Part shown: positions 1 to 9,863 of the stretch, in pieces
Numbering within the stretch: position 1 is the stretch's first letter
How the letters are laid out: the number at the start of each line of letters is the position of its first letter
Assembly (NCBI RefSeq): GCF_964204645.1
Contig: NW_027437492.1
Coordinates: 1-20,164 of the forward strand
DNA: 20,164 bases
DNA from: Tubulanus polymorphus
Taxonomy: Eukaryota > Animalia > Nemertea
Direction of reading: 5' to 3'
Made by a program: the position numbers and the translations under genes
The notes under the pieces: generated by a model
What the model was told of the DNA's origin: nothing
Database searches by the model: none
The model's input: the letters and a program-made list of their open reading frames with translations, nothing else

Positions 1-360
1 CCGAAGTATAATTAATTAACTACTGATTATGAATTTGATTTAAACTACGAATAGGCTAATCATGTATTTACAATAAAAACAAACACAATATACCAAATAA
101 AAACAGTTACGGGTACAAGCAGTAAACAGATTAAAGAAGGGTAGACTACTAAAATACAATAGTGAATAAACGTTGTAAGAGATTAAATAAAATGGATCAT
201 TAATAAGATGATTGATAATTATTGCACTTTAACCTAAATTTATGAATTGAAATAACTTTATTCTTCCCTGTGACATTTTTCCTACTGTGCAAAAAGTGGC
301 ATTTCTGCCTACGTTACAAAATTTGGTGGCATTTCTAAAGTGGGATTATTTCCGTATATC
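1..360. mobile_element. Mutator-like MITE, right part (copy of 4309-4854, cut by the window edge)
   Basis: Matches 4495-4854; ends ...tttccgtatatc followed by agtagaata. Confidence 0.6.
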
Positions 361-528
361 AGTAGAATAGTGACACTCAAAAGTGAAGAGTTGATAGTAA
401 ATACAAAAATCACTTGGGAATGATCTCTAGTAAGAGATGGAAGCGTCGAGTCCTCTGGTTTTAATTTTTTTTCCAAATTAGTTAGGCTTATACATAGTAA
501 TATACAAGTTTTGGCTCGTGGGATCTCT

Positions 529-638
529 GGTATACGGGAACATTCATCCGGTATACGGGAGCATTCAGCAGTTACACGGGAACACTCATCCGTTATACAG
601 GAACATTCATCCGGTATACGGCAACATTCATACGGTAT
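529..638. repeat. 21-bp minisatellite (consensus ggtatacrggaacattcatcc), about 5 units, cut by the PLE 3' end
   Basis: Units start at 529, 550, 571, 592, 613 and 634 (partial). Copies at 5023-5132 and 9518-9627. Confidence 0.93.
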
Positions 639-2065
639 TAGAACGATAACCACACTCAAACGTGGTGAAGGGATAATAAGATAAAATCCCACTATTTACA
701 GATTAAAAGAATTTAAAAACATGAATTTATTTATTAAATCTAAAATATTTAAAAGACACGACGTTTCGATCTCACCCTAGAGATCATCGTCAGGTGTGAG
801 AAATAGACTTAAAACAGGGGTATATATACAGAGGAGGACAGGTTAATTGAGTAAATTGGTGAGTGAGTAAATAATTAGTGTTTGGCAAGGCATGAAGTAA
901 TATACTTAGAAAGAAGGGAATTATGCGGAGAAAAGCCATTATTTAAATTGGTACTAATATCTGAGTGACGAGTAATTAGGGCAGACTCAACTATGTGGCG
1001 TTTAGTGTAATTGCTGGAAGTATAAATAATTTCGGCTTTATCAAAATTAAAACGATGACCAGTGTTCCAAACGTGATTGGCTACGCCACTAGCCGGTTTT
1101 TGATTTATTATATCCTTTTTGTGTTCCGAAATTCGAGTTTTTAAATCACGACCAGTTTCTCCAAAGTAAATTTTATCACAGCCAAAACAAGGAATTTTGT
1201 AAACGCCGCAGTCCAAAGGTTTAGATTGATTGTTTGTAACCAAAGTCTTACTAATTTTGTTTTCATACGTGAAAATGATTTGTTTATCCAATAAAGGGAG
1301 AGAGTGACGAAACTTTTCCAAAACAGGTACATACGGAACTACAATGAACTCTGAAATGTGTTTTTATTTTCTGGAGGTTTAGAATTGAAGAAAGTACGTT
1401 TAGCCTTAGAAATAGCGATTTTCAAAATGTGATCAGGTAAGCCAATTTTCTAAGAGAGTCGGATATATGGTCAAATTCAGCCGAAAGGAAGGTTTCATCG
1501 CAGATCCGCAGTGCACGGAGAAAGAGGCCTTGAGTGAGACCGATTTTGATTGATTTGGCAGTAAACGAAAAGAAGTGAAGGTATGCCTCGGCGTTGATAG
1601 GTTTACGGTAGACTGAGAAAATCAAATGAGAAAATTTATTGTGAATTAGAACATCTAAAAAAGGAATTTGGTAATTTTGTTCCCATTCAAAAGTGAATTT
1701 CAAAGATGGATATTGGGAGTTGATGAAGTCGATAAAAGAGGTAAGATCAAAATTATCAGAAACTAAGCTCAGAATATCATCAACATATCTAATCCAAAAG
1801 TTAGGTTTAGAGCCAGAGTACTTAGGGAGAATTTCGGATTCAAAGTGTTCAGGGAAAAGATTAGCCAAAATCGGGGATAATAGCGAAACCGAAAATTTGT
1901 TCATAGAATTTGTCTTGGAATTGGAAATATAAATTGGTAGTACAGAGTTCCAAAAGTTCAAGTAAACATTCTACAGGAATTGGGAGATCAAGATTGGAGT
2001 CCGGGAGTTTTCTTCTTAAGAAATTGAGAGTTGGTTCCAATGGTATATTAGTGAACAAGGAAACA
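639..2065 (-). mobile_element. 5'-truncated Penelope-like element (RT C-terminal half, GIY-YIG, hammerhead, pLTR), array copy 1
   Basis: Minus-strand ORFs carry WIRYVDD, FLDVLI, VYRKP and GVYKIPCFGCDKIYFGETGR..R..EH. Truncated inside FDAVSLFT. Has an extra 1-bp deletion near 1361. Confidence 0.93.
756..797 (-). ncRNA. Minimal type I hammerhead ribozyme (PLE-associated), copy 1
   Basis: Minus strand reads ACAC-CUGACGA-U-GAUCUC-UAGGGU-GAGAUC-GAAAC-GUC-GUGU: intact core boxes, 4-bp stem I, perfect 6-bp stem II, palindromic ACGU stem III. Predicted cleavage after GUC (between 760 and 759). Confidence 0.88.
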
Positions 2066-2509
2066 CCTATTACACCCTAATAGGGTGCAATGTTTGTGGT
2101 GTTTTCATTCTATAACTTCAGGAAACCTTGATAGGCCTATCTCTAACGTTACAGGGTTAAATCCCATGCTCTAATAAGACCAAAGTCTGAACTGAAAATG
2201 ACTCTCCCTTGAATAAAAGTAATAAAGGCTGAAATTGAATTTAATCTTTTAAACAACATTAAGATATTTAAAAAAATTTTTCACAAGACTACTATAGATG
2301 CATACGGTGAATGTTTCATACAAAAAAATTGGATTTAGAACTTTTACAAAACCTCTTCATGACCCGTTTAAGCTCCATCAACTCTGTAGACCAACTTATA
2401 ATGAAATTATTCTGGTTTCAATATATCAAGTTGAACGGACACGGACCTAATAATGATAATTCCAAATATACGCCAATCATTTCAAAAAAACTAAAATCAC
2501 CTTCTCTTT

Positions 2510-3346
2510 TCATTTCGGCACACCAATTAGTCCACCATGAAATATCATCGTCTCCTCGTGTGTGATTTTTTTTGCAATATCAATATCCAATTGACTGATG
2601 TTGATGTGTGCAAAGTTGGGAATTGAAAGCTTTGGTATATCTGAGGGGTGATTTCGCAAGATTTTATATTTGTCACCTTCATGTGTGATTTTTTCTGCAA
2701 TATCAATCTCGAATTGACTGATATTGATGTCTGCAAAAGTGGGAATTGAAAGCTTTGGTATATCTGAGGGGTGATTCAGCAAGATTTTATCATTCCCTGG
2801 ACCATCACACTCAATCCACTTTCTGTTGGTAGCCCATTTTTTGGACACCGACTCACACTTTAGAAAGAATGCAGTTTGCTGTGTTTTTCAATAGCATTTA
2901 ACAAAGGGTGGATCCAATAATGATATTCAATTACATATCCGATACTTATAGATACTGACTTAGTTTATTAAAGATCTTGAATTCGATAAGTATTGCACAG
3001 AAAGGGGAAATAATGCTGTTTTTTTCTCTACCTCAGTTGTCTAATTGTAAGTAGAGAATTGGTGGTAGGTCATCTTTGTTCAGTAGAAATATATGCAGCA
3101 AAATATTGATGGTTAAATTCGAATCATGCTTGAATTCTGTAATGTCAAAGAACCCATAAGCCCTGGGTGCATGGATGATGGCACTTGCAAATTGATTTTC
3201 AACCTTCTCATTATAGACATGGTGTTATTTACATTAGCAAAATGCGGCAAATACATTTTTGATTCATCCATGCTGTCAACTATGAATGATATGTTCTTAA
3301 AGTTGTATCTTCTAGCCTTTTCCACACGTTTATAGTACTTTTGGCG
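2510..3346 (-). pseudogene. Decayed DUF7869-type (Sola-like transposase-related) gene
   Basis: Manual translation across frameshifts: RQKYYKRVEKARRYNFKNISFIVDSMDESKMYLPHF / SAIIHAPRAYGFFDITEFKHDSNLTINILLHIFLLNKDDLPPILYLQLDN*GREKNSIISPFCAILIEFKIF / HSKLHSF* / SKKWATNRKW. This matches the remembered family pattern IIDGMDQSKTxLPH...HDSNLT...LPPxLYLQLDNCxRENKN. Stops, frameshifts and apparent loss of the GHTH segment. Confidence 0.7.
2559..2790. repeat. 123-bp tandem duplication (2 diverged copies; also at 7054-7285)
   Basis: tgtgtgattttt...caagattttat at 2559-2667 and 2682-2790. In frame on the minus strand (KILxNHPSDIPKLSIPxFAxINISQxxIDIAxKITHE twice). Confidence 0.92.
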
Positions 3347-3477
3347 TGTTCATGAAGATACTTTTTTCTGGGTAACTTTTTTCATGTCGGTGGTTTATGG
3401 AACGTAGGCAAATTCAACTTTTAGCAGTGTATTTGGATGCGCCCGACCCCGTCTACAAATTTGTTGCGTCACATTGC

Positions 3478-3670
3478 TTCAACTTAGCTTAGTTAGGCAA
3501 CTATACTTATATACAACTTGTGGGTTATGGGAACTCTGGTATACAGGAACATTTATTCCGGTATACAGGAACCCAAGTGACCTTGACAATATGTTCCCAT
3601 AAACCATATGTTTAAACTTATATGATGGATCGTGATAGAGTGTTATGTATCTAACAGAATAACCATCAAT
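3478..3670. repeat. Diverged monomer of the minisatellite-bearing host repeat (also at 7973-8165)
   Basis: tagttaggca...tatatacaa...tgggaactctggtatacaggaacatttattccggtatacagg...ttgacaatatgttcc aligns with 13083-13340. Confidence 0.7.
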
Positions 3671-3848
3671 CACCAATTCCATTTTAAGAGTAAAAATCCC
3701 TACCATTCTGAATTCTGGTCTTTGTTTCTTCAAAGTATGAGTTTTGTATGAGTTCTTTTATCACATACTAAACAACAATTATGTCCAGAATAATTTTCAT
3801 AAAATAAGAGACCAAGAGCTCGTTAAACTAAAAATTCATCAACTATTT

Positions 3849-4035
3849 CAGGGATGGATTTGAAATTCAGACGTAGGCCCTACCCTTGAAACAGTTTTCT
3901 GGGGGAAGGCCCTAGAAATCCAATCTGGTGAATCTGCCTGGCGCGCTTGCATATAACAAATCCGCCCTTTTCATAAGTAAATTTGCCATTCCAATTTCTT
4001 TGGCCCCGCTTCTATAAATCCTCGGTCCGCCCTTG
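3849..4035. mobile_element. Possible degenerate PIF/Harbinger-type MITE (also at 8344-8530)
   Basis: GC-richer island ending aaatcctcggtccgcccttg, with a weak inverted match cagggatggattt at the left. TIRs are poor and no clear TSD. Confidence 0.3.
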
Positions 4036-4308
4036 TATTCATCTAGCAGTTGAATGAGGTTTATAGTCGATCACAAAAGCTCCTAAAATTCCATGTTACT
4101 ATCAGACAAATGATGGAATTTTTTTTTAATTTAAATTTTTGATATTTAAAATTGTTTTTAATCATTTAAATTGTGCATATAGTGGGTTTTAAACTTATAA
4201 CGTATCTATTCTCCATGTCAGAGTGTGGCTATTCTACAACTTAATTGATGCTCAAAACCAAACATGTATTAATTAACTTGGTAACAAGAATGACATAGAA
4301 GTTGAATA

Positions 4309-4854
4309 GAATGCAGGAAAAAAATGCCACCGGTAAAAATGACTGTAGGAAAAATGCCATCGATTTTAATTTCATCAACTAAAGCAAAGAATGATAATAA
4401 AATGCTACAGTTCATTTTCACACTTCTATCCAAATTATATACCGTACGCATCCAAACAAAAATGCATAAAGACTATTCCTGATGAATTTTTGTTCCGAAG
4501 TATAATTAATTAACTACTGATTATGAATTTGATTTAAACTACGAATAGGCTAATCATGTATTTACAATAAAAACAAACACAATATACCAAATAAAAACAG
4601 TTACGGGTACAAGCAGTAAACAGATTAAAGAAGGGTAGACTACTAAAATACAATAGTGAATAAACGTTGTAAGAGATTAAATAAAATGGATCATTAATAA
4701 GATGATTGATAATTATTGCACTTTAACCTAAATTTATGAATTGAAATAACTTTATTCTTCCCTGTGACATTTTTCCTACTGTGCAAAAAGTGGCATTTCT
4801 GCCTACGTTACAAAATTTGGTGGCATTTCTAAAGTGGGATTATTTCCGTATATC
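4309..4854. mobile_element. Mutator-like (MULE) MITE, 546 bp
   Basis: G...C termini; imperfect TIRs (gaatgcaggaaaaaaatgccac vs reverse complement gatatacggaaataatcccac); subterminal repeats gtaggaaaaatgcca / tgacatttttcctac; 9-bp TSD agttgaata (4300-4308) / agtagaata (4855-4863) with one mismatch. Absent from the paralogous site near 12960-12975. Confidence 0.7.
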
Positions 4855-5132
4855 AGTAGAATAGTGACACTCAAAAGTGAAGAGTTGATAGTAAATACAA
4901 AAATCACTTGGGAATGATCTCTAGTAAGAGATGGAAGCGTCGAGTCCTCTGGTTTTAATTTTTTTTCCAAATTAGTTAGGCTTATACATAGTAATATACA
5001 AGTTTTGGCTCGTGGGATCTCTGGTATACGGGAACATTCATCCGGTATACGGGAGCATTCAGCCGTTACACGGGAACACTCATCCGTTATACAGGAACAT
5101 TCATCCGGTATACGGCAACATTCATACGGTAT

Positions 5133-6560
5133 TAGAACGATAACCACACTCAAACGTGGTGAAGGGATAATAAGATAAAATCCCACTATTTACAGATTAA
5201 AAGAATTTAAAAACATGAATTTATTTATTAAATCTAAAATATTTAAAAGACACGACGTTTCGATCTCACCCTAGAGATCATCGTCAGGTGTGAGAAATAG
5301 ACTTAAAACAGGGGTATATATACAGAGGAGGACAGGTTAATTGAGTAAATTGGTGAGTGAGTAAATAATTAGTGTTTGGCAAGGCATGAAGTAATATACT
5401 TAGAAAGAAGGGAATTATGCGGAGAAAAGCCATTATTTAAATTGGTACTAATATCTGAGTGACGAGTAATTAGGGCAGACTCAACTATGTGGCGTTTAGT
5501 GTAATTGCTGGAAGTATAAATAATTTCGGCTTTATCAAAATTAAAACGATGACCAGTGTTCCAAACGTGATTGGCTACGCCACTAGCCGGTTTTTGATTT
5601 ATTATATCCTTTTTGTGTTCCGAAATTCGAGTTTTTAAATCACGACCAGTTTCTCCAAAGTAAATTTTATCACAGCCAAAACAAGGAATTTTGTAAACGC
5701 CGCAGTCCAAAGGTTTAGATTGATTGTTTGTAACCAAAGTCTTACTAATTTTGTTTTCATACGTGAAAATGATTTGTTTATCCAATAAAGGGAGAGAGTG
5801 ACGAAACTTTTCCAAAACAGGTACATACGGAACTACAATGAACTCTGAAATGTGTTTTTTATTTTCTGGAGGTTTAGAATTGAAGAAAGTACGTTTAGCC
5901 TTAGAAATAGCGATTTTCAAAATGTGATCAGGTAAGCCAATTTTCTAAGAGAGTCGGATATATGGTCAAATTCAGCCGAAAGGAAGGTTTCATCGCAGAT
6001 CCGCAGTGCACGGAGAAAGAGGCCTTGAGTGAGACCGATTTTGATTGATTTGGCAGTAAACGAAAAGAAGTGAAGGTATGCCTCGGCGTTGATAGGTTTA
6101 CGGTAGACTGAGAAAATCAAATGAGAAAATTTATTGTGAATTAGAACATCTAAAAAAGGAATTTGGTAATTTTGTTCCCATTCAAAAGTGAATTTCAAAG
6201 ATGGATATTGGGAGTTGATGAAGTCGATAAAAGAGGTAAGATCAAAATTATCAGAAACTAAGCTCAGAATATCATCAACATATCTAATCCAAAAGTTAGG
6301 TTTAGAGCCAGAGTACTTAGGGAGAATTTCGGATTCAAAGTGTTCAGGGAAAAGATTAGCCAAAATCGGGGATAATAGCGAAACCGAAAATTTGTTCATA
6401 GAATTTGTCTTGGAATTGGAAATATAAATTGGTAGTACAGAGTTCCAAAAGTTCAAGTAAACATTCTACAGGAATTGGGAGATCAAGATTGGAGTCCGGG
6501 AGTTTTCTTCTTAAGAAATTGAGAGTTGGTTCCAATGGTATATTAGTGAACAAGGAAACA
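5133..6560 (-). mobile_element. 5'-truncated Penelope-like element, array copy 2
   Basis: Same as copy 1, with GIY-YIG ORF 5369-5920, RT fragment 5917-6456 (YVDD) and the same truncation point. Confidence 0.93.
5250..5291 (-). ncRNA. Minimal type I hammerhead ribozyme, copy 2
   Basis: Identical to 756-797. Confidence 0.88.
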
Positions 6561-7004
6561 CCTATTACACCCTAATAGGGTGCAATGTTTGTGGTGTTTT
6601 CATTCTATAACTTCAGGAAACCTTGATAGGCCTATCTCTAACGTTACAGGGTTAAATCCCATGCTCTAATAAGACCAAAGTCTGAACTGAAAATGACTCT
6701 CCCTTGAATAAAAGTAATAAAGGCTGAAATTGAATTTAATCTTTTAAACAACATTAAGATATTTAAAAAAATTTTTCACAAGACTACTATAGATGCATAC
6801 GGTGAATGTTTCATACAAAAAAATTGGATTTAGAACTTTTACAAAACCTCTTCATGACCCGTTTAAGCTCCATCAACTCTGTAGACCAACTTATAATGAA
6901 ATTATTCTGGTTTCAATATATCAAGTTGAACGGACACGGACCTAATAATGATAATTCCAAATATACGCCAATCATTTCAAAAAAACTAAAATCACCTTCT
7001 CTTT

Positions 7005-7841
7005 TCATTTCGGCACACCAATTAGTCCACCATGAAATATCATCGTCTCCTCGTGTGTGATTTTTTTTGCAATATCAATATCCAATTGACTGATGTTGAT
7101 GTGTGCAAAGTTGGGAATTGAAAGCTTTGGTATATCTGAGGGGTGATTTCGCAAGATTTTATATTTGTCACCTTCATGTGTGATTTTTTCTGCAATATCA
7201 ATCTCGAATTGACTGATATTGATGTCTGCAAAAGTGGGAATTGAAAGCTTTGGTATATCTGAGGGGTGATTCAGCAAGATTTTATCATTCCCTGGACCAT
7301 CACACTCAATCCACTTTCTGTTGGTAGCCCATTTTTTGGACACCGACTCACACTTTAGAAAGAATGCAGTTTGCTGTGTTTTTCAATAGCATTTAACAAA
7401 GGGTGGATCCAATAATGATATTCAATTACATATCCGATACTTATAGATACTGACTTAGTTTATTAAAGATCTTGAATTCGATAAGTATTGCACAGAAAGG
7501 GGAAATAATGCTGTTTTTTTCTCTACCTCAGTTGTCTAATTGTAAGTAGAGAATTGGTGGTAGGTCATCTTTGTTCAGTAGAAATATATGCAGCAAAATA
7601 TTGATGGTTAAATTCGAATCATGCTTGAATTCTGTAATGTCAAAGAACCCATAAGCCCTGGGTGCATGGATGATGGCACTTGCAAATTGATTTTCAACCT
7701 TCTCATTATAGACATGGTGTTATTTACATTAGCAAAATGCGGCAAATACATTTTTGATTCATCCATGCTGTCAACTATGAATGATATGTTCTTAAAGTTG
7801 TATCTTCTAGCCTTTTCCACACGTTTATAGTACTTTTGGCG
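7005..7841 (-). pseudogene. Decayed DUF7869-type gene, second array copy
   Basis: Matches 2510-3346 at offset 4495. Confidence 0.7.
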
Positions 7842-8803
7842 TGTTCATGAAGATACTTTTTTCTGGGTAACTTTTTTCATGTCGGTGGTTTATGGAACGT
7901 AGGCAAATTCAACTTTTAGCAGTGTATTTGGATGCGCCCGACCCCGTCTACAAATTTGTTGCGTCACATTGCTTCAACTTAGCTTAGTTAGGCAACTATA
8001 CTTATATACAACTTGTGGGTTATGGGAACTCTGGTATACAGGAACATTTATTCCGGTATACAGGAACCCAAGTGACCTTGACAATATGTTCCCATAAACC
8101 ATATGTTTAAACTTATATGATGGATCGTGATAGAGTGTTATGTATCTAACAGAATAACCATCAATCACCAATTCCATTTTAAGAGTAAAAATCCCTACCA
8201 TTCTGAATTCTGGTCTTTGTTTCTTCAAAGTATGAGTTTTGTATGAGTTCTTTTATCACATACTAAACAACAATTATGTCCAGAATAATTTTCATAAAAT
8301 AAGAGACCAAGAGCTCGTTAAACTAAAAATTCATCAACTATTTCAGGGATGGATTTGAAATTCAGACGTAGGCCCTACCCTTGAAACAGTTTTCTGGGGG
8401 AAGGCCCTAGAAATCCAATCTGGTGAATCTGCCTGGCGCGCTTGCATATAACAAATCCGCCCTTTTCATAAGTAAATTTGCCATTCCAATTTCTTTGGCC
8501 CCGCTTCTATAAATCCTCGGTCCGCCCTTGTATTCATCTAGCAGTTGAATGAGGTTTATAGTCGATCACAAAAGCTCCTAAAATTCCATGTTACTATCAG
8601 ACAAATGATGGAATTTTTTTTTAATTTAAATTTTTGATATTTAAAATTGTTTTTAATCATTTAAATTGTGCATATAGTGGGTTTTAAACTTATAACGTAT
8701 CTATTCTCCATGTCAGAGTGTGGCTATTCTACAACTTAATTGATGCTCAAAACCAAACATGTATTAATTAACTTGGTAACAAGAATGACATAGAAGTTGA
8801 ATA

Positions 8804-9349
8804 GAATGCAGGAAAAAAATGCCACCGGTAAAAATGACTGTAGGAAAAATGCCATCGATTTTAATTTCATCAACTAAAGCAAAGAATGATAATAAAATGC
8901 TACAGTTCATTTTCACACTTCTATCCAAATTATATACCGTACGCATCCAAACAAAAATGCATAAAGACTATTCCTGATGAATTTTTGTTCCGAAGTATAA
9001 TTAATTAACTACTGATTATGAATTTGATTTAAACTACGAATAGGCTAATCATGTATTTACAATAAAAACAAACACAATATACCAAATAAAAACAGTTACG
9101 GGTACAAGCAGTAAACAGATTAAAGAAGGGTAGACTACTAAAATACAATAGTGAATAAACGTTGTAAGAGATTAAATAAAATGGATCATTAATAAGATGA
9201 TTGATAATTATTGCACTTTAACCTAAATTTATGAATTGAAATAACTTTATTCTTCCCTGTGACATTTTTCCTACTGTGCAAAAAGTGGCATTTCTGCCTA
9301 CGTTACAAAATTTGGTGGCATTTCTAAAGTGGGATTATTTCCGTATATC
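8804..9349. mobile_element. Mutator-like MITE, array copy
   Basis: Matches 4309-4854 at offset 4495. Confidence 0.7.
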
Positions 9350-9627
9350 AGTAGAATAGTGACACTCAAAAGTGAAGAGTTGATAGTAAATACAAAAATC
9401 ACTTGGGAATGATCTCTAGTAAGAGATGGAAGCGTCGAGTCCTCTGGTTTTAATTTTTTTTCCAAATTAGTTAGGCTTATACATAGTAATATACAAGTTT
9501 TGGCTCGTGGGATCTCTGGTATACGGGAACATTCATCCGGTATACGGGAGCATTCAGCCGTTACACGGGAACACTCATCCGTTATACAGGAACATTCATC
9601 CGGTATACGGCAACATTCATACGGTAT

Positions 9628-9708
9628 TAGAACGATAACCACACTCAAACGTGGTGAAGGGATAATAAGATAAAATCCCACTATTTACAGATTAAAAGAA
9701 TTTAAAAA
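9628..9708 (-). repeat. PLE 3' pseudo-LTR direct repeat (also at 639-719 and 5133-5213)
   Basis: tagaacgataaccacactcaaacgtggtgaa...gattaaaagaatt, repeated at 12238-12318 with 2 mismatches. Confidence 0.9.
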
Positions 9709-9744
9709 CATGAATTTATTTATTAAATCTAAAATATTTAAAAG

Positions 9745-9786
9745 ACACGACGTTTCGATCTCACCCTAGAGATCATCGTCAGGTGT
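9745..9786 (-). ncRNA. Minimal type I hammerhead ribozyme, copy 3 (parent PLE)
   Basis: Identical to 756-797; lies about 80 nt downstream of the EN stop codon. Confidence 0.88.
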
Positions 9787-9863
9787 GAGAAATAGACTTA
9801 AAACAGGGGTATATATACAGAGGAGGACAGGTTAATTGAGTAAATTGGTGAGTGAGTAAATAA

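Noticed and set aside
309-692. 127-aa Cys-rich ORF with DECSRIP repeats (also 4803-5186 and 9298-9681)
   Set aside because: It spans the pLTR, minisatellite, host repeat and MITE end; the repeats are just the translation of a stop-free 21-mer.
4475-4500. cctgatgaatttttgttccgaag as another hammerhead core
   Set aside because: CUGAUGA is present but there is no GAAA box, cleavage triplet or stem I.
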